From the NCBI GenBank assembly GCA_031258785.1, contig JAIRMJ010000014.1, forward strand, positions 8,759-72,758: a stretch of 64,000 nucleotides of DNA, given 5' to 3'. This document shows, piece after piece, positions 48,539 through 57,898 of the stretch; the stretch's first letter is position 1, and each line of letters starts with the position of its first letter. Position numbers and translations under genes: made by a program. The DNA is from Holosporales bacterium. GTDB lineage: Bacteria; Pseudomonadota; Alphaproteobacteria; RUG11792. Below the pieces are notes generated by a model. That model ran no database searches and was not told where the DNA came from. It saw only the letters and a list, made by a program, of their open reading frames with translations.

Positions 48539-50149
48539 TTGCATAAAAGAGAAGTTAAAAATTCTATGCAAAGAGGACTGAAACACCTACGAAGAGCCTG
48601 GGATTTCTATAGGATTTCGTTCATAAAGAGAAGCGTTTTCTATAGATTTTCTCTTAGCAGGAAGCACACAATCTTCGATACGGCTAGGTTCATAACTGAC
48701 CCTTGGGCAGGAGACTCGCGTGTCGGGAGAGCGATTTTAGACTCCTCCTCCTACGTTCATGCAGGAAACGAGACGCCAACGGATATCTTAGACTCAATTA
48801 CTGGGAAATCTCACGAAAACGTCAGGTATGCAGCAAGTTTTGCTTGGATACGTGATTTGCAAGCCCTGGGAGGCAACAGCAGCCGTAAGTACGTACGTAA
48901 CCTGATCTCGCTATTCATAGCGAGGTACAGGAGAAAGAGAAGGTTCTATATCGATCACGACACGTGGAGTTATACTATCATTGGTGAGAGGATAGTCAAT
49001 TGGATGTTCTCGTACTCATTTTTTGCGTCTGGTTCCAACGACAAATTCCAAAGAGAGGTGTTATCTTCGATCGCTGAGCAGTTTTCTCACCTTGTGAAGT
49101 GTTATAAAGAGGAGCTCAATCCGTACTCAAGGTTGATGGCCTTAAAGGCGATCCTATTCTGCTTATGCTCCATGAAGACGCCGCACAAATATAAGATTCA
49201 GAGAACTTTGGACGAGATCTGCGAGATTATTGAAGAAAATACGGACGAGGGTGGGATGTTTGGAATGAGGTCCCCTGTTGACCATTTTCACATCTTCAGA
49301 AGCCTCATAGAGATAAGGTTCATTGCGAGGAATTTCGGTCTTGACTTGCCAAGTTCGGTGTTTACGGAGACGATATCGAAGATGGCGCTTGTCATAAGGT
49401 TTTTGAGACTTGGAGACGGCAGCATATCACAGCATTCTGGGACTCTAACAAATGACAATTCGGTGTTTGTGCCGAGCAGATATATGGTCGATACTGCCCT
49501 GTCAGTCGTGGAGATTAAGACTTACAAGATAAAGCCGTATGGATTTGATAGACTTGAAACCAAGAAGGCCACGATCATCGTCAATACTGAGTCATGTAAC
49601 TCCAGATCAAAGTTCAATAACTTCTCTGAGCCAGGCATAAACGTGTTCGATTTTGAGACTAGCTTTGGGGATAAAAAGCTCATAAACAGAGCGGACATTT
49701 CGGTCGTTGTAAACAACTTCAGGATAAAATTAAACGAGAAAGCCAAGAGTTTCGCCAGAAAGGGAGCGAAGGACACGTACGTATTTTTTGAGGGAGAAGC
49801 ACGGTTTTCTAGCAAATTTTTCGAATTTACGATGAAAAGGGAGATTACGATCTTCTCTGACAGGCAACGGGTAGATTGTGCTGATTCACTGCGTATCTCG
49901 GAAAATGCTGACGTATCAATCAGAATCGTTTTTAACAGATATACAGATATCAAGGAGGTGGGTAAAAGGAGCGTTCTATTGGGACTTGGCAAGGCGGAAT
50001 ACATTTTCAGTTGCACAGCGAGCGACGCGGATGATTTTTGGACTATTCACGTCCCAAACTCTTCGAATTACCCAACAATCGAAATTATCTCTAGCTTGAG
50101 TGGCCATAAAGAAATAAAATTCGAGTGGTCAGTGGAGTTTATCAAATGA
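48539..50149 (+). CDS. Heparinase II/III-like family protein (alphaproteobacterial type)
   Basis: The N-terminal pattern DPWAGDSRVGRAIL...FAWIRDLQALGG...ARYRRK resembles alphaproteobacterial heparinase II/III-like proteins. Assigned from memory of that family's pattern. Confidence 0.5.
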   Translation: MHKREVKNSMQRGLKHLRRAWDFYRISFIKRSVFYRFSLSRKHTIFDTARFITDPWAGDSRVGRAILDSSSYVHAGNETPTDILDSITGKSHENVRYAASFAWIRDLQALGGNSSRKYVRNLISLFIARYRRKRRFYIDHDTWSYTIIGERIVNWMFSYSFFASGSNDKFQREVLSSIAEQFSHLVKCYKEELNPYSRLMALKAILFCLCSMKTPHKYKIQRTLDEICEIIEENTDEGGMFGMRSPVDHFHIFRSLIEIRFIARNFGLDLPSSVFTETISKMALVIRFLRLGDGSISQHSGTLTNDNSVFVPSRYMVDTALSVVEIKTYKIKPYGFDRLETKKATIIVNTESCNSRSKFNNFSEPGINVFDFETSFGDKKLINRADISVVVNNFRIKLNEKAKSFARKGAKDTYVFFEGEARFSSKFFEFTMKREITIFSDRQRVDCADSLRISENADVSIRIVFNRYTDIKEVGKRSVLLGLGKAEYIFSCTASDADDFWTIHVPNSSNYPTIEIISSLSGHKEIKFEWSVEFIK

Positions 50150-50923
50150 ATGGAGCGTGCTGTGGAACTAACTGGCATCATATACCATGGTAGTGATGAT
50201 GATATGGTCTGGAGTCGAGCACGTGGAACCGCGATAGAACACATGCGCGTAGATGCTGCTGTGGAAGAGTCAGTGATCGAGAAGAACGTTTCAGCTGGTA
50301 CGTACCCGAACTGCTTGTGTGTAAAGAGAAGTGACGAGCAGAGCGAGATTTCGATAGAGAGCACCCGTAAGATCATCGAATTTCTGTCGCAAAAGCGTGG
50401 GATTCCAGGAAAGTTGGCCGTCATTGTGAGGAATTGTGATGAGATGTCGAAGAGTGCGGCGAATGCCATCTTAAAAATCCTGGAAGAGCCGCCATCTGAC
50501 GCCATGGTTATTTTGACCACGACGAGGCTCTTTTCCGTGCTACCCACAATACGCTCCAGGTGCTTGAAGATACGAGTAAGAACAGGTAACGAGTTTGCAA
50601 TCTCAGCGGCACAAGATATGGACTCGTACATAAGGATGAGACTACGTAAGATAGAACCAACTTTGATCAATAGCATCATATGCTTTATAAAGTCTGGCTG
50701 CCGCGACTTTACAGGTTTTTCAAAGCAAAATGCAGAGCATATGCGCGAATTTTTGGAAGTAGCTATTTGCTACTGCTCTTTCTTGTGTTTCTCAACAGGT
50801 GAGGCAGCTGTGGCTAATATGGTATTGCAGCTGCAGAGGTTAACAACCCTAGCACTAACGACGCATCCAGATGGCCAAGCAGCGATTTTGGCGGCATGTA
50901 ACATATTGAGGAACAGATCGTGA
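50150..50923 (+). CDS. holB: DNA polymerase III delta' subunit
   Basis: AANAILKILEEPPSDAMVILTTTRLFSVLPTIRSRCLKIRV. It starts immediately after the upstream stop. Confidence 0.8.
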   Translation: MERAVELTGIIYHGSDDDMVWSRARGTAIEHMRVDAAVEESVIEKNVSAGTYPNCLCVKRSDEQSEISIESTRKIIEFLSQKRGIPGKLAVIVRNCDEMSKSAANAILKILEEPPSDAMVILTTTRLFSVLPTIRSRCLKIRVRTGNEFAISAAQDMDSYIRMRLRKIEPTLINSIICFIKSGCRDFTGFSKQNAEHMREFLEVAICYCSFLCFSTGEAAVANMVLQLQRLTTLALTTHPDGQAAILAACNILRNRS

Positions 50924-51441
50924 ACAAAGCGCTGTTCCTGGATAGAGATGGAGTTATAAATGTCGATCACATAGATGTTTACAAAAAGGAGGATTTCGAT
51001 TTTGTCGATGGAATCTTTGAAATCTGCCTATCTGCTCAACGACTTGGATATAGGATTATAGTGATCACTAACCAGTCTGGTGTTGCTCGCGGTGTGTATA
51101 CCAGGTCCGATGTTCAGGCTATACACGAGTATATGAGGTCGGAGTTTCTCAAGAAAGGAATAGTCATTACAGACGTGTACACGTGCATGAGCCACGATGA
51201 CTCTGATATGTGCCGTAAACCCAATCCAGGTCTACTGTTGCAGGCCTGTAAGGACTACTCGATCGACATGCAGGAATCCATTATGGTCGGCGATAGGGAG
51301 AGAGATATCATGGCTGGCAGGAGAGCTGGCTGCGGTAAAACGATCCTGGTCTCGACAGAAGGTGTTAAAGAAGCAGCGTCCGCATCCACATTAGCAGACG
51401 TGGTTGTGGGATCCATTCCTGAGATATTGAATTTTTTGTAG
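50920..51441 (+). CDS. gmhB: HAD-IIIA phosphatase, D,D-heptose 1,7-bisphosphate phosphatase-like
   Basis: ALFLDRDGVIN...VITNQSGVARG...CRKPNPGLLL...MVGDRERDIMAGRRAG. The GTG start overlaps the holB stop. Confidence 0.8.
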   Translation: MNKALFLDRDGVINVDHIDVYKKEDFDFVDGIFEICLSAQRLGYRIIVITNQSGVARGVYTRSDVQAIHEYMRSEFLKKGIVITDVYTCMSHDDSDMCRKPNPGLLLQACKDYSIDMQESIMVGDRERDIMAGRRAGCGKTILVSTEGVKEAASASTLADVVVGSIPEILNFL

Positions 51442-51767
51442 GAACAACCCACCGTCTAGTGTAGATGGAAGTAGCTTGATACTGCCGCAATCAACTGCAT
51501 TTTTTCATTTTCGCGCGTGGGCTCTATCACTGGAAATTATAAAAAATGAAGACCTGGATATAGTAGCTACTACAACCAGTGGCTGGCGATAGTTAATCTA
51601 TCCATCAATCTGTACGGCAGTGAAGATTTACCGAGCAGTCCATAAATTTTTCCCTTAAATCCAATTTGGGTTAAATTTATAATCAATTAGCTGCCTACGA
51701 GCCGTTGTCTTATACGAAACTGAGGTTATAATACAATTGTGGCATATCGCAATACCGTAGGCTTGGG

Positions 51768-53423
51768 TTGAAAAATTTCGTTGTTTTGGCGTTTGCCATA
51801 TTGTTCACAGTTGGATGCGACAAGTTGGTAGAGCACAAATATCTCTCATCCGGTATCAAAGAAGACTCCGTGAAGAAGATGATGTCTCCTGTTACAGACG
51901 AAGCAGTAGATGACAGACCGCGCAGAAAGCCGGTTGAGCAGATCGTGATTCCAGAGGAGCTGAAGCAAGAGGTTTCGCTTGTCCTGAACGAGACTTTGCC
52001 GATCAAGTCAGTTCTGCATGAAACAGCCAAAAGACTGAATATTAACTTTCAGATGGATCCGTCCATAGATGCGAGAGTCATATTTCAGGCAAAAAGAAGA
52101 CCATTTATTGAGATGCTCGATGCGATCTGCGATATTGCTGACCTGAGGTACACAATTTCAGGAGGCATTGTGAAGGTCTCAAAAGATATCCCATATTCTG
52201 TTGCATACGATGTCCAATTTTTAAATTTTTCGAGAGACAGCGAAAATAAGATATCAATCACAACGGAGGTGGGAGGGACGACTCCGAGCACTTCAGAGGC
52301 AAAGGGTGTGAGTTCTGACAGCAATGTCACCATAAGCGCCAAGAGTGACTTCTGGAATGAGCTGGACTGTAGTTTGAGAATCATCATGGGATCTGAATCG
52401 AAGGATAAGCAGCAATATTCCGTAAACAGGCAGTCTGGAATCGTCACGATACGTGCAAACTCCAAAGTTCAACACAACGTACGTGAATATCTCGAAAAAA
52501 TCAAGGAGTCCACAATGAGCCAGGTGCTGATAGAGGCTAAAATCATAGAGATCATTTTGAAGAACGAATATAGACGAGGCATCAATTGGAACAAGGTCAG
52601 CGGCCGACTCACGTTGAGTAGTTCGTCTTGGGACCAATCTGGACACGGAGTTTATGATGGCGGTGGGAATCCAATCACACTGAAATATAATTCGGCAAAA
52701 AATCCATCTGATTCCCACTTGGATTCATTTATTTCGGCGTTGGAGGAGTTTGGGACAACCAGAACAATCTCCAATCCAAGGATCACGGTGATGAATAACC
52801 AGGCTGCGATACTGAAAGTTGCCAAAAATCACGTGTACTTCAAGTTAAATTATGAGAAGAGCTACCTTAATAACAACAGTGACAGGCAAAATATATCTGT
52901 ATCAAGCGATATCAAAACAGTGCCGCTTGGTCTTATCATGTTCGTGCAACCGTCTATTGATCTCAATAACAGGACCATAACGCTGTTCCTGCGACCAACG
53001 ATCACAAAATTAGCAGGAACTGTAAGTGATCCAGCCGTCAACATAGCGATTAAGAACGCAGCAACTGGAGTTGCCACTAGTACCGGATCCTCAACGACTA
53101 CATCGACAGCAGTCGCAGAGGCGGAAAAGTCCAATATTCCAATTACCGAGGTGCGTGAAGTTGCTTCTGTCTTGAAGTTAAATGATGGAGAAATAGCAGT
53201 ATTAGGTGGATTCATGGAGTCAAGATCCTCGCAAGATAAGGCAGGACTGCCCGGTTATAAAGATATACCAGTAGCTGGAGAGCTCGTGTCTTCGACCGGT
53301 CTGAGTGATCAAATTGTTGAACTTGTCATACTTATCAAGGTGATCCTGTCTGATACTTCGCGCAATCAAAGGGCCGCAGATATTAGGCTACAGCGCTTTG
53401 TTCCGGATCCACGGCCGTTTTGA
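51768..53423 (+). CDS. Secretin family outer-membrane lipoprotein (MshL/PilQ/GspD-like), orphan
   Basis: TTG start with lipobox MKNFVVLAFAILFTVGCDK. It has an N0-like domain and a secretin core: QVLIEAKIIEIILKNEYRRGINWN, TRTISNPRITVMNNQAAILKV and VASVLKLNDGEIAVLGGFMESR...GLPGYKDIPVAGELV. Confidence 0.85.
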   Translation: MKNFVVLAFAILFTVGCDKLVEHKYLSSGIKEDSVKKMMSPVTDEAVDDRPRRKPVEQIVIPEELKQEVSLVLNETLPIKSVLHETAKRLNINFQMDPSIDARVIFQAKRRPFIEMLDAICDIADLRYTISGGIVKVSKDIPYSVAYDVQFLNFSRDSENKISITTEVGGTTPSTSEAKGVSSDSNVTISAKSDFWNELDCSLRIIMGSESKDKQQYSVNRQSGIVTIRANSKVQHNVREYLEKIKESTMSQVLIEAKIIEIILKNEYRRGINWNKVSGRLTLSSSSWDQSGHGVYDGGGNPITLKYNSAKNPSDSHLDSFISALEEFGTTRTISNPRITVMNNQAAILKVAKNHVYFKLNYEKSYLNNNSDRQNISVSSDIKTVPLGLIMFVQPSIDLNNRTITLFLRPTITKLAGTVSDPAVNIAIKNAATGVATSTGSSTTTSTAVAEAEKSNIPITEVREVASVLKLNDGEIAVLGGFMESRSSQDKAGLPGYKDIPVAGELVSSTGLSDQIVELVILIKVILSDTSRNQRAADIRLQRFVPDPRPF

Positions 53424-53581
53424 AGGAGCTAATGGCGGCAGAGGCTTATTGCGGCTGGAGCAGCCGAGATACACTATAGAGTGTTTACATACGCTGGTTT
53501 CCTAAACGTTACTGTAAAGTTACTTCCACTTTGTGCTATCATATATATGGTGGAGGTGTATATTGATCGGCATATGATAGA

Positions 53582-55252
53582 ATGCATGTGAGAAGGCTGA
53601 AGCTTTACCTATACAACGTAGCTCCAGAGATACTGTCCATACTCAAGAATGGGTACTCATTTAACAAACTGTACAAAGATATCTACGCAGGGCTAGTTGT
53701 TGCTATCATCTCGTTTCCGTTTGCGATGGCGCTTGCAATAGCTTCTGGGGCGTCACCGGACAAGGGGCTGATCACTTCTATCGTAGCTGGGATGTTAACG
53801 TCCTTGCTTGGAGGGTGTAAGTACCAAATAGGAGGGCCAACTGGAGCATTCGTCGTCGTCATTTTTAATATTATCCAAACCTATGGATACGATGGGCTGA
53901 TAGTTTCTACTATTATGGGGGGACTCATATTGGTGATTTGCGGCCTCTTGAGGGTAGGCAAGATTATACAGTACATACCCTATACCGTGACAGCCGGATT
54001 CATTGCAGGCCTCGGGATTACCGTTCTTTCGACACAATTACGGGATTGGCTTGCGATAACGACGCCTGACCAGTCCGGAAATTTTATGGACAGGATAGCG
54101 TTCATCTGTGGACACATCTCCGAGTATTCACCGTGTTCTGTGTGGCTTGGAGCCGTTGTCATCTCGGTTATTTTTCTACTGCAAAAATACAGGCCGTCGT
54201 GGCCACGATTTTTAGTCGCGATCGCTATTGGGATCGTCTCTGTTATGATCTTTGGCGATTCATTAGAGACAATAGGCACGCGCTTTACTGGGCTTAGGTG
54301 GACAGGATTTGAGTTTGCTTGGCCAAGCATGAACCTTGACATGATACAGATGCTTTTTCCATCCGCAATCACAATTGCTTTTCTAGCCGGCGTCGAGTCG
54401 CTCTTGTGCTGCACGATAGCTGACAGTCTAACAAATAGCCGCCACAAGTCAGATAGCGAGTTGATAGGGCAAGGGATCTCAAACATCGTCGCTGCGTTCT
54501 TTGGTGGGCTCCCTGCCACTGGAGCTCTCGCGCGTACAGCAGCTAATATCAAGGCGGGCGCCGTCTCCTCATTTGCAGGAATTTTCCAGTCCCTGTTCGT
54601 ATGTTCGTTTATGTATTTCTTCATGGAGTACATGCGATATATCCCGATCTCATGCCTGGCTGGTATGTTGGTTACAATCGCGTGGAATATGATAGGATTT
54701 CGCCAGACAATTTACATCTTTAGAGCTTCAAAGAGCGACACATATGTATTCTTGATCACATTGTTTTTGACCGTCGTGATTAATGTCACAGTTGCAGTGG
54801 AGATTGGAGTGCTTGCAGCAATGTTTTTGTTCGTTAAGAGGCTCATAGAGAGAACAGAGATCCAGGTTTCGCACATTGCCCGCAGTCAGCCACAGATCGA
54901 GAAGCATGAGGATCTGCAGCTTCGTGACTCAATACAGTGCATCAACATTAAAGGGCCACTGTTCTTCGGTCTGGCGCCGGCTATTAACGACATACTGAAA
55001 AGGGTCTGCAGGAAACCGGAAGTTATAGTGTTAAACCTCGAGTACGTTCCCCTCATAGACGCCACTGGCGCAAGGCTGATCCGCAATCTTGTTTCCGGTA
55101 CCAATGGGATTCCAGTGATCCTAACAAATCTGCGCCAGTATCCGTATGAGTACTTAAAACATATAGATTACAAGAACGAGAACATATATGGGTACCTGAC
55201 GACGAATATGAAGGATGCTGTCGAGATTGCGAATCAGTTTGCTAGGGAGTAG
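53582..55252 (+). CDS. SulP family anion transporter with a C-terminal STAS domain
   Basis: GLVVAIISFPFAMALAIASGASPDKGLITSIVAGMLTSLLGGCKYQIGGPTGAF, with a STAS-like tail (INIKGPLFFG...VIVLNLEYVPLIDATG). Confidence 0.92.
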   Translation: MHVRRLKLYLYNVAPEILSILKNGYSFNKLYKDIYAGLVVAIISFPFAMALAIASGASPDKGLITSIVAGMLTSLLGGCKYQIGGPTGAFVVVIFNIIQTYGYDGLIVSTIMGGLILVICGLLRVGKIIQYIPYTVTAGFIAGLGITVLSTQLRDWLAITTPDQSGNFMDRIAFICGHISEYSPCSVWLGAVVISVIFLLQKYRPSWPRFLVAIAIGIVSVMIFGDSLETIGTRFTGLRWTGFEFAWPSMNLDMIQMLFPSAITIAFLAGVESLLCCTIADSLTNSRHKSDSELIGQGISNIVAAFFGGLPATGALARTAANIKAGAVSSFAGIFQSLFVCSFMYFFMEYMRYIPISCLAGMLVTIAWNMIGFRQTIYIFRASKSDTYVFLITLFLTVVINVTVAVEIGVLAAMFLFVKRLIERTEIQVSHIARSQPQIEKHEDLQLRDSIQCINIKGPLFFGLAPAINDILKRVCRKPEVIVLNLEYVPLIDATGARLIRNLVSGTNGIPVILTNLRQYPYEYLKHIDYKNENIYGYLTTNMKDAVEIANQFARE

Positions 55253-55266
55253 TCATTCTGAGCCGC

Positions 55267-57621
55267 TTACATCGCTGATTTTTTTGATGTAATTTTATCT
55301 TCTACTCCAATAGTTACCATATTGGCACTGATTGATGCCCTTCTTCGCGGTTCGTGGATGCTGTATGTGTGTGGAGCTGACACTGATGCGCTGCGGAGTC
55401 TCCCGGAATTTGCTGAATGCTCAACTGTTGTGCTGAGTGATGAAGCCAATACGGAAGACAGAGTTTGATTTATTGTGAAATTAGAAACAGTGTGCAAAAA
55501 TTCCTGCTGAATGTGGTCGCGGTCTGCAAGCCATTCACCAATTGTTGATGTAGAATGGTTCAACCCGGCGATAAGCAAGGGACTTAACTGGGGAATTTCA
55601 ATAATTTTGTCATTCTGCTGTAGGTCAGGTACAGTTTTGGAGTTTGTTGGTGATCCGGAATTTTCTGTTGAGTATGTAGCGTTAGATGTGTTGAAGCTGC
55701 TAGTAGATTTGGCTTCCAAGATCTGGGAACCGACTGACCTGCGGTGATCTGCAGAGTTGTCAGTTGAAATGCCAGATTTTCTGCTACTCCCGTTACTTGC
55801 CACTTCTCGGCTTGTCTCATCGAGTGTGCTCAATGACTGCGAGCTGCCGGGATCACCGAGAATGTACGTGGTAGATAGTGTGCTACTAGCTGCACTGCTC
55901 GAAGAATTGCCAGATTGGAAGTTGTTCTGCAGCAACGTAACCGGCATAGTTGCGTGAGGATAAAATTCTAATACCGTTCGTCCAGTACAACTCGCCAAAA
56001 AATCGCTCAAAAGTTGGGTTGTTGCCTGCACAAATGCAAGGTTCTGTAGATCGGTTTGTCCATCTGATGGGAATACGCCATTTATAGCCTTGTCTATCCT
56101 GGCGAGTGTATCTTGGTATTTTTGTGGCTTGTACAACTCGTGTGGAAGTACAAAATTGAAATCTAAATTGATAATCTGTGGACCATTCAGAGTGTGTTTA
56201 ACACTATAGTTCGCTCGTGGGATGATAAGTTCTCCGTCGTACGTGCCAGATGATAGGCTGATGATCAGCAAATCTCTCGGGATTACGTTTCTATTTATTA
56301 ACCTATCACGTAGCTCGAAGAATGGGCAATAATGGCGATTAGCAGATTTTTTTGGTGTAATAACTAACTGTTGAAAGGCTGCGAGAAACTCATCAGCTCG
56401 TGTTTGTTCTACACTGCCCACGGATGCCCCGGCTACCTTTGCAATTTCTGGCACAACCGCCATGAAATTTTCCAAAACTTCCGTTACTGTCGCTCTTCGC
56501 ACGTTTTGCTTGGCGTTGTTGTCCGCGTTTCTTACGGCAGACTCGTTAATAGCAGCGAGATTGTCGTTACCTAAATCATTGTTACGCATTGCTCCGATAG
56601 TTTCGCAGCATGTCCGAAGGTCACTAGTGCTACTGGCTCCAAATAAGCTGGATAAAAACTCTAGTGATTTAAACTGATCATACGATAATGAGGACAGATT
56701 ACCGGAATCTTCGCTAGTCTGCATTTGGATATCAAATTGTTCAGATAAGCAAAGGCTGAGTAGCTGCTTAAAAAATCTTATGCAAGCGCACGTGGTTTCA
56801 AGTTGGGACGGTACGAGCAATTTTGACTTTTCCGAGATCAATACAGACATAACCTCATCGAGAGATTTGCCCAATGCTGCTGCAGTTGCTAGAATTGAGC
56901 CAGCGCTTTCTCCAACGAACGTATCAACAAAATGATGCAGTCGCGGTTTAATGTTCAGAGATTGTGTGTCAATGGTCGGCAATCTCTGTCCTACTTTAAA
57001 GCCGATGAGTGTCTCAATCTTTTTTAGAAACTTCGTCAGTGTGATGGTTTGAGTTTTGCCATCCGCTTTAATTATAAATATTATATCAATGATATCTGGC
57101 GAGCTGTTCTGCATAATTTTATGGGTCAGCTGATTGAAAGCTGCGCAAAGCTCCACAATCTGAGACTGCACGACCAAATCCGAGTTTTGAGATCCTTGAA
57201 GAAAATCTGTCATGAATCTGTCGTAGCTGCTGGCCTTCGATATCAAAGTACTCGGAGATACGTTCCGTGATGATGAAGCGCTCGGTGCTACAGAAATGCA
57301 TCTTCTGTGTGAGCTTGGAATAAGGCTTGTGTATGAGCTTGGTGTGACAGCTGGAGAAACAGGCCAACTTGGTACGCAGCTTTGTAAATGGCAGGGCGCT
57401 CCATCCTTGGCTATCGGCCGAAAAAGGTCTCTCTCAGTTTCCTTGTCGGGATCAGTATATGTATCTGATCGCGATGAATTTTCGATAGCTTGGCTATGCG
57501 GTTGTGGCTCGGTCTCCGCGCTTGCAGTAGTTCCATTTAAACATATGCTATTGCAAATCATTAAACACAACGCTAATTCGCGTGAAGTTCTCTTCATGAC
57601 GAGTTTATTTGTAGTAAACAT
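55267..57621 (-). CDS. Large Ser-rich secreted protein with a divergent patatin-like (ExoU/VipD-type) phospholipase signature
   Basis: 784 aa with signal peptide (MKRTSRELALCLMICNSICLNGTTASA). FVGESAGSILATAAALGKS carries GxSxG with the Ser codon at 56905-56907. A downstream SGTYDGELIIP has its Asp codon at 56236-56238, 223 aa later. Both termini are Ser/Thr-rich low complexity. Confidence 0.7.
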   Translation of the reverse strand: MFTTNKLVMKRTSRELALCLMICNSICLNGTTASAETEPQPHSQAIENSSRSDTYTDPDKETERDLFRPIAKDGAPCHLQSCVPSWPVSPAVTPSSYTSLIPSSHRRCISVAPSASSSRNVSPSTLISKASSYDRFMTDFLQGSQNSDLVVQSQIVELCAAFNQLTHKIMQNSSPDIIDIIFIIKADGKTQTITLTKFLKKIETLIGFKVGQRLPTIDTQSLNIKPRLHHFVDTFVGESAGSILATAAALGKSLDEVMSVLISEKSKLLVPSQLETTCACIRFFKQLLSLCLSEQFDIQMQTSEDSGNLSSLSYDQFKSLEFLSSLFGASSTSDLRTCCETIGAMRNNDLGNDNLAAINESAVRNADNNAKQNVRRATVTEVLENFMAVVPEIAKVAGASVGSVEQTRADEFLAAFQQLVITPKKSANRHYCPFFELRDRLINRNVIPRDLLIISLSSGTYDGELIIPRANYSVKHTLNGPQIINLDFNFVLPHELYKPQKYQDTLARIDKAINGVFPSDGQTDLQNLAFVQATTQLLSDFLASCTGRTVLEFYPHATMPVTLLQNNFQSGNSSSSAASSTLSTTYILGDPGSSQSLSTLDETSREVASNGSSRKSGISTDNSADHRRSVGSQILEAKSTSSFNTSNATYSTENSGSPTNSKTVPDLQQNDKIIEIPQLSPLLIAGLNHSTSTIGEWLADRDHIQQEFLHTVSNFTINQTLSSVLASSLSTTVEHSANSGRLRSASVSAPHTYSIHEPRRRASISANMVTIGVEDKITSKKSAM

Positions 57622-57898
57622 AAAGCCTCCTTAAAGTACATATCCATATTGAATATGCCTGCACTATACAGTCTAAATAAAAATAGTTAATAAAATGTTA
57701 ATACTCGAATAACCTTAAGTATAAGAGGCAAAAAAGGTTTCATAGTTAGTTTATATGCGCTATTTGTGCAGAGTAATGCGAGTGGACTCTTGGGTAAATT
57801 CTCACTTTAGGTTAATTTGTACAAGTGTCTCTGCCAGTCCGGGCTGCAGCAGTGTCACCTAATTACTGCGCACTATTTTCTCTGAATTATGTGTACAG

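Noticed and set aside
50068-50679. 203-aa minus-strand ORF
   Set aside because: It is antisense to the heparinase-like gene end and holB, and has no motif.
53980-54633. 217-aa minus-strand ORF
   Set aside because: It is antisense to the SulP transporter gene and has no motifs.
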